Notes: generated from the sequence alone by a model not told the origin. DNA of 64,000 bases from Monocercomonoides exilis PA203 (GCA_001643675.2 LSRY02000026.1:372001-436000), one strand, 5' to 3'; positions 37,300 through 50,539 are shown, counted from the first letter of the stretch. Translations and numbers: made by a program.

Positions 37300-40200
37300 G
37301 CTCCTGAGCCATTTCTCTTAAATGAACAATAAAGGATATTCGAACGCCCAACACACACCTCGATGAATTATACACAGAGAATATGTCCATTTCGCACAAG
37401 ACCTTAGAAATAGGAGAGGATAACTTAGCAGCTGAAAGAGGAGTCAGCGCAGACGATAGAGGTGCCTGTGGAGCTAATGTCAGTGACATTTGCGAGGAAG
37501 TTTTCTTCGAACAGTGAGCTTTTCCAATGTCAGAAGACTTTTATTGCTTGAATAATCCATTTGAGATACAAAATATAATAAGAAGGAAATGTGATCTTTC
37601 TCTCTTTTCTTTTTAATGACGCATTAGAAAATTTGGTGCAGCAAACCTGGCATTTTGTTTTATTTTTCCTTCAGTTTCTCGATAGATAGAAGCAAAAGAC
37701 AATTAAAGAAGGTTTCTATATCTTTAAGATGCTCAGCATAGTTCTCTATGTTCTGAAGTTGCATCTGCATTCCCAAAGGAGTCAGACGAGCTGCGCTTCC
37801 TTGATTGTTCATTGCTCCAGTTGGAATAAGCCCTTGAATTCCCAGAATCTCCTGTGATTGCATGGACCCTTGTTGTAATATTCCTTGTTGAGAATACAAT
37901 GGAACTGAAACTGAACAAGAAGCAGAAGAAGAGCCAGTAGACGGATTCAACAAGGGAGGAAGAGATACATTCACTCCGCTTACTACATCTGCAAAAGTAA
38001 TTCTCCTTCCTCCAGCACTGATGCTTAGGGTCTCCTTCAGCAGGATCAGGTTCCTTTTGTTCTCTCTTGGTGTTTCTTTCATGGCAGACATCGTTGGAAT
38101 GAGTTTGAACATCCCAAACGCTTTTCTCTCCTTCTCCTTCTGTAAATCCTTATCTTCTGCTCCACTTTTGTCTGCGCTGCTATTTCCAGTACCTGCTTCG
38201 TGGCCTCATTGACTGGAATGCCACTGGCCTATGTTCGTGACTGTAATATTGACGCAGCAACTGCTGAAAGCGGATCAACAGGCTGCCTTGCCAGCACCAA
38301 CAGAAACTTCTTCTCTTTGTTTCTCACTTTTTCGAGAACAGTTCGGATCTTCTTAAGTCCTGTGGTTATTCGAGTGCACCGAGATTTCTACATGCGCTCA
38401 ATGACACTCATTCTCGGTGGCTGCTTGCGGATGCTTGGTAGATGCGGGAACTTTCCAGAGAGGAGGAAGAGGAAGATTGAGAAGGCATTGGAAAAGAAGA
38501 AGAAATTCCTTTGATTTTTCCAAGTTGAGAGTGCTGTGTGGAGAGTGAGGCGATGATGGAGTGATCATAAGTATTGCCTGAGTTAATGTTGGAAGAAACA
38601 ACAGAAGATGAAGAAGAAGGTGTTCCATTCACAGAAGATGAACAGCATGTTAAAAGAAAACGATGATACGAAAAGATCTGCTATCCTTCTGAATTTGCAC
38701 CAGCACCATTAAAGGAAGAAGACGATGAAGAATTCTGATTCGCAATTGAAGAAATAGAGATCGAAGAAGAAAAGATCGCTCTTCTGATATAGCACTGAAG
38801 TGAAGTGTCAACGAATTGTGCAGCTATTGGTGCATGCAGCTCCACAACACACACACATTTCAGTCCCACTGCAATTTTTCCTCTGACAGGTCGAATCGTC
38901 ACAACCTGTGACATGATCAGCGGATGGCTTTCTTCCTTGTCGAACAGAATGTCACTATTCTCTCCTTTCTCATACGCCCTCTTCTGCAGCGCATGGTGCC
39001 TCCTCACAAGAGGACACACCAGACACACCAGCCTCTGCTCCATTCCTCTTCTAGCCACACTTCCAAAGACAATTCGCTCATGTGACAACAAGCACAGCTG
39101 TCCGAGTAGCGGAGAAAGAGGGGCTGAAATCGTTGTCTTTTTCTTATCTGCAAGCAGCTCTGCACCTTCCTTCGAGATAAAGTCGTCGCTTGCCAACAAC
39201 GCTTGTAGCACTAGCTCCATGTGCCTGTGATGCCTTTTGTTCCTTCACTTCCTTTCCCCTCTGATCCTCCTCCAACATTCTCGTTTATCTCATTCATTGA
39301 ACTGTATCCGCTTCCCAACTTTATCTGAAGCAGAACCAAATTAACTATTTTCATTTGCTTGGAAGCTCCAGTATATCGTCTGCTTCCCATACGCCCGCAC
39401 AATCCTTCTCGTGAAAGGACACTTAAACAGAGGGAAATCAGACGCCGACGCATTCAGACGCTCCACTTCAGTCAGGTTGAGTCTGTAGTCAACGCTTGTC
39501 CCTCCTTCATTCTGAAGCACGATTGACTGAAAAGGCATATTCACCTCGCCGATGGGCATCTGTTCCAGAAAGTCCTTCGCCGTCGTCTCTGCTCCTCACC
39601 AGATATCAAACACAGCATGCTCCTCGGTGAAACTCAACGTTTGCAACGCGATCTCCGAAACGTCTTGCTTTCCAGCTTAGCAGCATCCAAATTGAAAGGC
39701 AAATGCAGCTGATTTTGCAGCAAGCACATACCAGCCTCTGTGAAGATCAGCCCATCGAAGTAATTGAATGTGTCATCGTCAGGTGTAAGCTCGCGTGTAA
39801 ACGCGTTACTCAACTGGTTCAAAGACAGCTCTTTTCACACAATCACCTTCTCCGTGTTGTGGAGGTGCACGTCCACAACAGCCGCGGAGGGGAGGATCCC
39901 CAGGCCAGCCACCATGTACAATGCAGTTACGTTGAGCTTGGATTGCATTCTTCGCATTTCGTTGGTATCTTGCTCTTCTTCTCGACTCTGCGGCATCATT
40001 GAAGGTGTTGGAGAAGAACGAACTGATTGTTACGGATTGTATGTTCCTCTATCAGCATTGGATTTGTCCGAATATCAATCTCTTTTCTCTTTGTCATTTC
40101 AATCACAAACACAACACGGCATGTGTACAATGCACGAAGCACAGTGCAAAAAAACACTTTGATTCTTTCGTGTGATCTTACTGATATGACTCCCATTTGT

Positions 40201-40400
40201 GACTGGACCAACTGAACAGGCAGAGCAATTGAAAAAGAAGCAGAAAGAGAAGAAGCAGACGATGATGGTGACAAATCAGCATTGCGTGTTTTGAGAGAAA
40301 GGAACGAAGAAGCAGGCAAAGAAGAAGGAGAAAAAGAAGAAAAAGCAGAAGAAATGGAGGTTAAAAATGATGAAAGATTCATCAAATTATTTGACATTAA
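37300..40400 (-). pseudogene. CFAP65: CFAP65-like (cilia/flagella-associated protein 65) fragment, heavily disrupted
   Basis: PIG...QSIVLQNEGGTSVDY...DFPLFKC...IYWSF, GQLCLLSHERIVFGSV...RLVCL and VTIRPVRGKI...FVDTSLQC resemble successive CFAP65 segments as recalled. Not database-verified; the 3' extent is uncertain. Confidence 0.55.
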
Positions 40401-40623
40401 TGAAGAACATTTTGGAGTGAAAAAGATGAGGAAGAAGAAGCATAAAAGAAAACATGAATCATATTTGAATTTTGTTTACCAAAAAACATAGTTTCTTTAG
40501 AGATAAATTAAATTTATTAATATTGCCATAAACCCATTTCGAATTTTGATTTTTTCATTGATCTGCAATTTGCCGAAATGTTTTTTTTTTATTTCTGAAT
40601 GGAATAAATGGTGTAAAAAAGTG

Positions 40624-40969
40624 GGTACAATCCCAACAGGTGGACATAACCCTAAATAGTTATTTTTGAGGTTATTATTTTCTTAATAAAAACATTAAAA
40701 TCCTAAATAAACCTTATGAAACAGCTTTATACAAACATGAACAAATATTCTTGTTCTTCAGCTGCACTTTTATCAACTCAAACCCTAAGATATTTTCATT
40801 TAAAAGATCACAAAATTGAAAAACATCAAAAAATACTTAACAAAGTGATTATTAAAGCTATTTACAATATGTTAAGCAGTTTATAAACAAATTTTTAATT
40901 CACAATTATTCAGATTTTCATAGAAAAATATATTTATGAAGGGTTATGTCCACCTATTGGGAAAGGACC
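40624..40969. mobile_element. Merlin-type MITE, 346 bp, 8-bp TSD
   Basis: 30-bp imperfect TIR: GGTACAATCCCAACAGGTGGACATAACCCT vs GGTCCTTTCCCAATAGGTGGACATAACCCT. TSD AAAAAGTG at 40616-40623 and 40970-40977. Confidence 0.88.
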
Positions 40970-41221
40970 AAAAAGTGATAGATACACGTTTGAACGATTT
41001 CTGCAAATTTCCAAGTAATTAAAATCTTTTATTGATCAAAAAGAACAACGAGAACAGTTTTCAGCACATAATTTTTTGAAACAATTTTCTGATAAAATTT
41101 TTCATGATTATTGATTTTAATTGAAGTTTTAAATTTTTTGTAGTTTATTTTTTTTTTTAAATAATGTTCTCTTTTTTTATTTGGCTTAAATGAACAGGAT
41201 TGGGAAAAGGGCAACAACTGG

Positions 41222-44200
41222 ATGTTAGCCCATTCCACTGAAGCCTCAACTTCGCTTCAGTCAGCAAAGAAAAAGCAGCGGGCTGAGCCAGATTACACAA
41301 GATTTATAGACGAAGCAGCGTGAGATGAAGAAATAATTACAGAAAACTCTTCTTCAAATAAAAAACAATCTTCTTCTTCTTCAACATCATCTCAACTCAA
41401 TAAAAATTCAAAAACCATTTCAGAAAAAAATTCTTCTTCTTCAATAAATTCTTCATCTTCTCAAGCTGTTGATGCACCAATCAGTACTCCAATTAGAAAA
41501 GAAAGGGGTCCAACAAAAAACCAAAATAAAAATTCATATCACAAGCGTCATTCTTCTCCATCTCCAATTCCAATTCACAAACTATTCAAACAAAAAACTT
41601 CTTCTTCACAAATTTCAATTACAAAAAAATTGAAAGAAAAAATAAATTCTTCATCATTTCAAAATGATAATGTGTTTGTGAGTGAGCAATTAGTAGATTA
41701 TTCCACTTCACCCACATTAATTCCACCTCAAGCATTTCAAACTCTCTTTTCTTCATTTTCAAAAGAGAACAACACTTTATCATCTCAACATAACACACCA
41801 GCCGATAAGAGTGTTATTTCTCATCATGAAAATACTACACAAATCACAATAAATAACAATCCAACAAATTTTCTTCATTCAAATTCTTCTCCTTCTTCAT
41901 CGACCTCTTCAGAAATCATATCTTCAAACACTTCATTATCAGCATCAACAAAAGGATTAATCAATTTAGGCAACACATGCTATTTGGCTTCTCTTCTTCA
42001 ATGTTTCTCTTCAATAACTATTCAAAGACCATCTTTATTCAACAAACAAACATCTTTGAAGAACACATCTTCGCGTGTTATAAGTGTTTGTAATCAACTG
42101 GCAAGAGATGGAATAACAGTGCGTTCGTGGGTCCCATCACTGATCAACAAATGGGAAGACTTTTGTGGATATGGCAGCAGACATCAACAAAATGTTGCTG
42201 AGGCATTTGACAATCTTCTCCAACTTCTTTAAACAGATGAGTTGATTAACAAGGACATTTTCAATCCTGTTTTGATCACTCATTTCAAATGCCAAAAATG
42301 CCAAAAATTTTTTCCACGTTTCAACGAAGTTTGCAACAGTGTCGTAATCAATTCTTCTTCTCCTTATAATGGATTATCTTCTCTCTTTGCAACTGAAGTT
42401 TTGGAAGGAAAGAATAGTGTCTATTGTGGCAATTGCAAAGAAAAATGCTGTGCTGCGAGATAGGAGGAAATGGCTGCATTTCCAGAGGTGCTTGCCCTCT
42501 GTCATGAATGCACTGACAATGCTCACTCTTCTCCTTCAAGAACACTTCTGATTAAAACTGATCGTGTTCACCAGCGATCGTTTATCAAAGGGTTTTCAAC
42601 AGAAAACGTTCAACATCTCCAAAATAATAATCTGGAAATAGTCATTTATCATCTTATTGGACAAATATTATACAAGTGTCTAGATCTACAGAATGTACAT
42701 TACATTTCTGTGGTAAAAAGAAAGAGCGGAAACGATGTCTTATGGAATATTTGCAACGATGCTGATGTGACAGAACTGAACATCGAAAATTGGACAAAGG
42801 CATGGAAAGATCTTTATAATCAAGGTAACACTCCATCACTCTCATTCTACACCAAAGAAAAAGCAAAGCCAACATTCTCAACTCTTCAATTTGGTGGTTC
42901 ATCGTCATCTTCAGAAACATTAAATGAAAACACTTCAAATAACGCATCATCGTCATCGTCATCATCACCATCATTCATCACTCCACCTCACCAAACAACT
43001 TCCATTCCTCCACTCTCTTCATCAATCACATCTTCATATGGATTGGAAGCACTGAAAGAAAAAAGAAAGAAAACGGGCATCTTTTCTCCCAATGAAAAGA
43101 GATTAATCTTCAAGCCCAAGACAAAATTATGGAAAGAGTTTTCCGAAAAAACAAACATCAAAGTTTCTCTTTCCCATTTCTACAAACTGACAACAAACTT
43201 CTCCAAAGCGAAAATGGACACAGATCTCTGCGGCATGTGTGAGAAGTTGAACTATTTGGAGAATAAACTCAAAGCTTCACAAAACAAAAATGGATTTTCT
43301 TCTGTTGAGTTTCACACTCTGAAACTTCTTCGACAACATCGACTAGTTGCAGAAATGCAACGAAAACACTATCAATCAACTGTTGATAATCTGAAAGAGG
43401 GAGAAGCAGTCTTCGTCTTCGACTTCAAAGAGAAATGGAAACTCCCTATAAGAAAAAATCAACTTCAACAAGAGTTCTTCAATTATCAACAGGTCTCTCA
43501 ATTCACAATCATCTCTCTTCAAAAAATAAATAATCAACAAATAAAACGAACATTCAACTTCTTCTCCGACTGCCTCTCAAATGATCACAGATTTGTTATT
43601 GAGTGTCTGGAATCTGTGATCAAAAGACATTTCTTCTCAGACACTCACACTTTTAAGTTCTTCTGCGATTCGGGTCCACACAACCGAAATCGCTTCCTTC
43701 TTCACTTCATCCTCTCCAAACAATCAAAACTTCTTAAAAAGAAAAATACTCAACTCAACTTCTTCGCTGAGCACCATGGAAAAAATATTTGCGATGGTAA
43801 ATTTAGTGCGTTTGTGAACACAATCAACAACAACCTATCAACTGAACACATCACCACACTTCATGACTTGATCAACTTCTTCGAAAACAATATGAACACT
43901 TCAACATCTGCTTCTTCAACTTCTCAATCAAACATTTTCTCAACATCATCATCAAACTCTTCATCATCTTCAACATTTGTCAATAACTCAGATCATGAGA
44001 GGTACTTTGAAGAATATGTACCATCTCAACAAATCTCATGGCCGTCACTGTCAGTCCCTGACATGAAAGACAACTTATACTTTGAGCGCAAGGGCTCATT
44101 TGTCTCTGCTTCAGCTGTTGGATATCTTCCTCAACGCTCTCTGGTTTCCCTCGAATCTTCAACAATGAAAGAAAAAATCAAATGATCAAGAAAGTCATTT

Positions 44201-44338
44201 CACTCTGATATCACATCATCTAACTCTTCTCTTCTTTCTCAATCTTCTCAGGATCTTCTTTCAAGGAGATTTGAGTTTCTTCTTGACTCTTCATCTTTAA
44301 ATGAATCTCAAAATTGTATTAATGGTGTCCCTTTTTAA
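41222..44338 (+). pseudogene. USP (peptidase C19)-Sola2-like DDD transposase fusion gene, copy 2; single frame with 4 in-frame stops
   Basis: GLINLGNTCYLASLLQ, QQNVAEAF, CQKC/CGNC, HYISVVK...WNICND; then TDLCGMC, FDFKEKWKLP, CDSGPHNRN, FFAEHHGKNICDGKF. ORFs 41630, 42242 and 42470 share one frame. Stops at 41321, 42230, 42461 and 44183. Confidence 0.8.
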
Positions 44339-44340
44339 GA

Positions 44341-44478
44341 AACTAGTTGTTGTGTATGCTTTGCTGGCACTCTATCGGAAGGGTGCTGGACATGACTGTT
44401 CGTATTTGATATTGCAGCCTTCGGGCTGCTTTATCCTGAACTGGATACGACGAACAGCCTTCCAGGTGCACAATAGTT
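44341..44478 (+). other. Hairpin region downstream of USP-transposase copy 2 (candidate structured RNA or end motif)
   Basis: GCAGCC-TTCG-GGCTGC tetraloop hairpin inside a CTGTTCGT/ACGAACAG stem. CAGCCTTCCAGG at 44455-44466. Confidence 0.6.
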
Positions 44479-45260
44479 CGAATCCGATTGTTTTCTTTTG
44501 GTTTTTATCCCTATATTGTCCCTAAAATTTAATTGGTTATTGTCCCACTCATATTTGCATATATCGAGATTCATTAGAAAAGAGAGTTGTGAGGGAATTC
44601 ATTGATCTTTGAGCATGGTTTTTGGAAGGGAGAGTTATTGAGAGTGTGAAATGATGTTTTATCACTGTGTCTGTCTTTTTTCTTTGTTGGATTTGTTCTT
44701 TTTGAGTCAAAGTTAGAGAAACATCAGAAAGTGTTGATTGGATAGAAAACAGAGGGAAAATAGACAAGTTAGTTTTTGAATTTTTTATTTAAGTATTCTT
44801 TTTTGTTTAGTACTGTCTTTGAAACCATGAATTTGTTGAAATAGTGCTATTTCTTCTTATATTTTTCATTGTTCAAAATTGTTGACATCTAGTTGATATT
44901 TGGTGATTGTTTTATGATGATGTGACAGAATTGTGTTTTTTTGAAAGTTATTGAATCTGATTTGAAAATTTCTAACAGTTTTCAATTTTATTATGATTGA
45001 TATCAGGAAGTTCTTTTTGTTTTTCATGTCATTTTGGTTTATGAACGATTGTTATTTTTTTGACCGTATTTTTTTTTTTAATTTCACAAAATTCATTTTT
45101 CCATAATTTTGCGAAAAATATAATCTGAATGTATCAAACAAAATGGAATAAAAATTAACTGCAGATATAATTGAAAATATATATATAAATATTAATTACG
45201 CAATAAAATACAAAAACCAACAAAAAATTAACATTTCATAAAAATTTGTCAATACGAGAA

Positions 45261-45385
45261 TCTCGATCACAAAAGTGGTCACTAATTTTTCTTCAGATTT
45301 CCACACAGTTCGCTTCCCCACATCTTTTAATGATTGTTTGTTGCAAAATCTGTAGAAAAATTAGTGACCACTTTTGTGATCGAGA
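45261..45385. repeat. Inverted repeat with 40-bp arms and 45-bp spacer (small MITE or foldback)
   Basis: 45261-45300 vs 45346-45385, 1 mismatch. Confidence 0.8.
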
Positions 45386-45799
45386 CTTTATATTTCGCAC
45401 ATTTTCAGGAAAATGCAATAATTCTCTTGTTTATTGTATTTTTCCGAGTCATAATTATAATATGTGCAATTTAGGAATGAGTTTTTTTTACAATTGATCA
45501 ATGCATTTTATGAAATAAAAAACCATATTCACATTTTATGACAATTATAAAAGCGACAATAATAGCAATCAGTGCGATAATTTACATCAAAAATATGTCA
45601 GCCCGCGAATGAAATATCAATGAATATGAAAAAATATAAAATCCACATTCAAAAATTTGTCTGTAAGCAATTCTTTTTTGTGAGTATTTTTTTTGTGATT
45701 CAACTCGTTAACTTCAAATGCTTGCTGTTCATTTCTTATGCAGCACAGGGCACGTATAACAATCTGTTTTATGCATTGAACATAAACTCTGAAGCGAAT

Positions 45800-46330
45800 A
45801 TTAATCGAATATTAGTGGATGAAAAGAGAGAGACGAACGACACGCTTTTTCGGACGCATCCCACTGTATAATTCTTTCGCAAGTTCCACTTTCCGCACAT
45901 CCTGTACAAATACAATGGAAGAGAGTGCGGCAGCTTTATGGGGTCAAATTTTGGACATTACACATTGTTAATTCAGATTAATGTAGTGGAAGCAGTGGAG
46001 AAAGGGGAGGCAATGGTTATATCCAAGGGCTCAACATGTCAACTTTGGATATGTTCAAATTGACATAGTGTGTGGAAGATGCACTGGAGAAGGAGAAGAT
46101 CACCGGCCGAATGAGATTGTGATTGTCTCTTCTCCAAACTTCTTCTCATGTGAAATACACTGCGTCTGCTCCACAAAGTTGGATGCGCCCAGTGTTGAAA
46201 TATTTGGAAGGCTGGCTAAAGAATACTTCTTTCTTTGGTGCAACTTGGGTTTTTTTATGCAAGATTGACAAGATTTTCAAAGAATAGAGAAATCAGGAAA
46301 GCAGTAAAGAAGAAGGAGGAGAAGATTCTG
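45800..46330 (+). pseudogene. Possible degenerate PPP Ser/Thr phosphatase C-terminal fragment
   Basis: Weak motifs in shifting frames: NGRECGSFMG, PRAQHVNFGY (cf. RAHQ...GY), IVIVSSPNF (cf. TVFSAPNY). Confidence 0.3.
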
Positions 46331-47916
46331 TGCTCGGCGAGAGAAAAGAAAAGAATTCCATACATATCGACTTTGGCAATGACGAAGATTTGAAGCAATG
46401 TGGTGTGTGTTGAAATTTTCCTTTTATTATAACAAAGAATTATTATGTATTTATTTTTAAATATATTTTTTTCAATTTTTGAAATTTTCAGAACTTTTTT
46501 CCATCATTTGTTATGAACTTCCTCATTTTCTTGTGAGTTGATCGAATCAGTCATTTTATGAATGTGCTTATTTACAATCTTCATCGAATTTTTTGTTTGG
46601 GCCACATCTGCATAGAAATCATCTATTCACCCAATCTTTCCAGTCAGATTGTGCTCGCACAATCATTTACCAATATATTTTGATCTAGAAGAGATGAAAG
46701 AGCAATTCATCATTTAATAAGGTTTGTAATTTTTTTCGATTATTGTTATTATTGTTTTTATCATATTTCTTGTTTTTCTATTTTAAACTTTTTCAAACTC
46801 TTATTTTAATTTTTTTCAATTAATTGATACATAAACATATGAACTTCCCCTTTTCATGTTTTTTAACACAGATTCTTTTTCTTAGATTGGGCGACGCGTC
46901 TCTTCCACAGTCGCTTCACATCATTTCTATCATCATTGGAATCAGAGCTGATGAAAAGGAATGAACAGGGAACCCTCTTCTGCGCATTTGGCTTCTACTA
47001 TTGTCACTGTGTTGCAGCTGACTGTTCATTCCACATGAAACCAGACTTCCTCTTCTCACAGACCTCTAAACATTTCTTCTCTTCGTCATCAATGCCTTCT
47101 TCTTCTTCCTTCTCAAATCAGTCATCCACAAACCGCTTTGTTGTTTCCATGATCGAAAAAGTCAAATGCCCATCGCAAAAAGCAGGAATTATCTTCTCTT
47201 TCCAATAAAAGTTCTCCTCTTTTAATGTCACTCCTTATCTTCTGTGAATGACACTCCATTAAAACACCACAGATCTCCTTCTCCTCCTCTCTTCTTTCTC
47301 ACTTTGCCTCAATAAATGATTTCAGCTTCCATCAAATGCTCTCTTTCCTCAAATATCCTCGACAGATAGAACATCTTTTTTGTGTAACATCACAAGCACA
47401 ACCAGAGCTGCCACGAGCCATCAATATGTGGATTATTGCAGATCTTCAACATCTTCCAACTCATCCCAACGTTCTTCTTCTTTTTCAAGAACCTCCTTCC
47501 AACAAAAGGACATCAATGAACAGATCGCTAAATTCTACCCATCGTATTCATATGCTTTCACGCCTGAAGCGCATTCCTTAATCAATAACGTCGTCTCTTT
47601 CTTCCTCTCTCCAAACTTTGCACCACCGCTGCTGGGCGTTTCGGGCACAGGTATTTATTAACAAAAATACAACAGACAGAGAAATGGAGTATTTTGCATC
47701 ATTTATTTTATATAGCTAACAGCAGCGTCGGATGATGTGTTGAAGAAATTGTTGTTCCCATACGAAAAATTCATTAATGATATGGAGGTTATTTAGAGAA
47801 AGAAGGAGGAAGAGAGAAGGAGAGAGAAAAAGTGAAACGGAAAGAAAAGAAATTGAAAAGACTGAAGATGATGATAAAGAGATGTTTACGAAGCAATGTA
47901 GATAAAACAACATCAT

Positions 47917-48485
47917 TTTCTTCTTCTTCTTCTTCTTCTTCTTCTTCTTCTTCAACATCTTCTTCTTCTTCTTCTTCTTCGTCTTCGTCTTCGTCTTCTT
48001 CTTCTTCTTCGTCTTCGTCTTCGTCTTCTTCTTCTTCTTCGTCTTCGTCTTCGTCTTCTTCTTCTTCTTCTTCTTCTTCTTCTTCTTCTTCTTCTTCTTC
48101 TTCTTCTTCTTCTTCTTCTTCTTCTTCTTCTTCTTCTTCTTTTTCTTTTTCTTCTTCTTCTTCTTCTTCTTCTTCTTCTTCTTCGCCTTCTTCTTCTTCT
48201 TCTTCTTCTTCTTTTTCTTCTTCTTCTTCTTCGTCTTCTTCTTCTTCTTCTTCTTCTTCTTTTTCTTTTTCTTCTTCTTCTTCTTCTTCTTCTTCGCCTT
48301 CTTCTTCTTTTTCTTCTTCTTCTTTTTCTTCTTCTTCTTCGCCTTCTTCGCCTTCTTCTTCTTCTTCTTCTTCTTCGTCTTCGTCTTCGTCTTCTTCTTC
48401 TTCTTCTTCTTCTTCTTCTTCTTCTTCTTCGCCTTCTTCTTTTTCTTCTTCTTCTTCTTCTTCTTCTTCTTCTTCTTCTTCTTCT
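47917..48485. repeat. (TTC)n/(GAA)n microsatellite, ~570 bp, with TCG/TTT/CCT variants
   Basis: Direct observation. It gives poly-Ser on plus and poly-Glu or poly-Arg on minus, within a decayed plus-strand gene (intron ~47651-47715). Confidence 0.97.
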
Positions 48486-50539
48486 GTTCCTGCAGTTACT
48501 GACCCCTCTCTCCACCCCAGATCGCTACACTGCTCTGAGATTACCAGACGCGCGGCATAAGAGCAATGCGCCCGATGCTCCAACGATGCTATATCAACCG
48601 TTGTGCACAAGTGGCTGCTGCTTCTGGCGCTTCACGTTCTTCTTCATCCTCCTCCTCCTCCTCGTTGCTTTGCTCTTCTAGAAACAGATTTCTGACAAGC
48701 GAAGAGCAGCAGACGAGGAGGATGAGGCAGCAGTTCGGAAGAAGAAGGAAAAGATATTATTTTATTCTCCCTCCCGATGTGTTTGGGGCGCTGCTGCTAT
48801 TTGCAGAGTTTCGGATGGTGGAGCTGTATGCGGAGAATCTGGAGAAGAGGAAGAGAGAAAGAGAGTGAGCGAAGGAAAGAGAGAGAGAAGCAAGGAACGA
48901 GAGAAGAGAGGAGAGAAGGATAAGAGAACTGATTAAGATGAGGAAGGTATTGAAGCCTGTTAATGAAGGAGATAACAATGATGATGAAAATGAAAACGAA
49001 ATTAATGCAGAAGAAAACGAGAATTATTCACTGCTTAGAAGAGATTCTCTGAAGAAAACAAAAAAGAAAGAAGAAAGTGAATGCCTTTACAACAGCTCCA
49101 TCATCAGTGATGAAGAAGAGAGAAGAGAGAAGAGACGCAAACAGAGAGAAAAACTGCTTCGACTGATGAAACTGCAGGAAATACAGAAGAAAAAGAAGGA
49201 GAAAAAGAGGAGGCGGAAGAAGAAAGAAGAGAGGGAGCGCAGGAAAATTGAGAAAGAAGAAAAAGACAAGAATCTATTAAGCAGCATCCAAGGAATACTA
49301 TAAAAACATCTTGAGACCAACCAGAAGGAGCACAAAATGACTGTCTAGGCGTAACAAGAGGAAAAAGAAAGCCAAACGCCAATTTTGACAAGAGAGCGGA
49401 AATTGGACTGCATGCTGAATGATGTAGCTAATTCTGACTTTGATGATTTGAGCGATGAACTGGATGTGCCTTGCCGCTATGTGCGAATCAAAAGCGAGGA
49501 AAATGGGTAATTTGTGTGGAAGATGCAGAAGGTGCCTGCGTATGCAGCAGTCGACGCGAGGCAGACAAGAACGCGATTGGATCTGATGAGCGCGCTGAAG
49601 AGCGTTCTAAAGCAAAGCCGTGCGAAACTGGGAAGAGGAAGAATGATGAAGTGGCGGGGCTGGTGGCCGTACAAAGAGGAAGCAGAAGTGACACACAGAA
49701 AGGGAAGGAAAGGAGCATGGAAAGGATCAATGCCACTGTTTCAGAAGGAGAATGGGATAAGAACATTAAGTCAGAGCAGCATGCCTGGAATAAAAGATGT
49801 GATGTCAAAACTGTTTTCTTCGCTGTCGTTCTCAAAGTTGGCATCTTTCTTCACATCGCAGAATTCAATGGCGATGGATCTGATGCAGAAATACCCTGCC
49901 CTCAATTTGGTTACGCCTTTTGATTCAGCTGCTGATTTTGCTGCAAATACAAACATTGCTCTTCATCCTCTTTCTCATTGTACTTCTTCGCTTGTCAATT
50001 CTTCCTTGTTTATGAACACCCAACAGCAAATCTTCTCTTTCCCTCGGAACATCTTTATCTCCTTCCCTCTTATCTCAAGCTGAACATCCATATTCTGCTT
50101 TTACTACAGCACCTGGCTCACTTTCTCCACTTTCACTGCCTGCTCCTTCTTCTTCTACTTCTTTTTCATTCAACTATCATCAAATTCAGGCTAGACATCA
50201 TCTATCGTTGCTATTTGGATGCAAAAAATGAATACTTTTTCAATCACAGAATATCATCTTTCGCTTATGAAAATAGAAGAGATATTATGATGGACAAAGA
50301 AAAGCTGAGTAAATGGAACTCAACAAGAAAATGGTTCTGACTTTTTCATTTGGATGCTGAAGCATTTGAAGTGAAAAGGAAAGGGCATTGAAGCGATTTT
50401 TGTTTGGAATGGCTGGGTTCCTAAATAGACTTCGGCAGGTTACACAGCTACGAAGTCACAGTAAATTGTTGGAAATGAAACAATGAGATAAAGCGATTTT
50501 TGGGAAAAATCATGTTCGAAGGGAAGTCATATGAGATTC

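Noticed and set aside
41222-44338. Non-standard genetic code (TAR=Gln) explaining the in-frame stops
   Set aside because: TGA stops also interrupt these ORFs, and several long ORFs contain no TAR codons.
44380-44470. SECIS, tRNA, hammerhead or HDV identity for the 3' hairpin
   Set aside because: The diagnostic core motifs are not conserved in both copies.
44509-44554. GAGTGGGACAA...|ATAT as the right TIR of USP-transposase copy 2
   Set aside because: It fits the GRG/ATAT pattern, but I found no matching left end in the window.
47789-48610. Poly-Glu and poly-Arg ORFs as real proteins
   Set aside because: They are automatic readings of the microsatellite; the flanking intron and coding context favour a decayed plus-strand gene.
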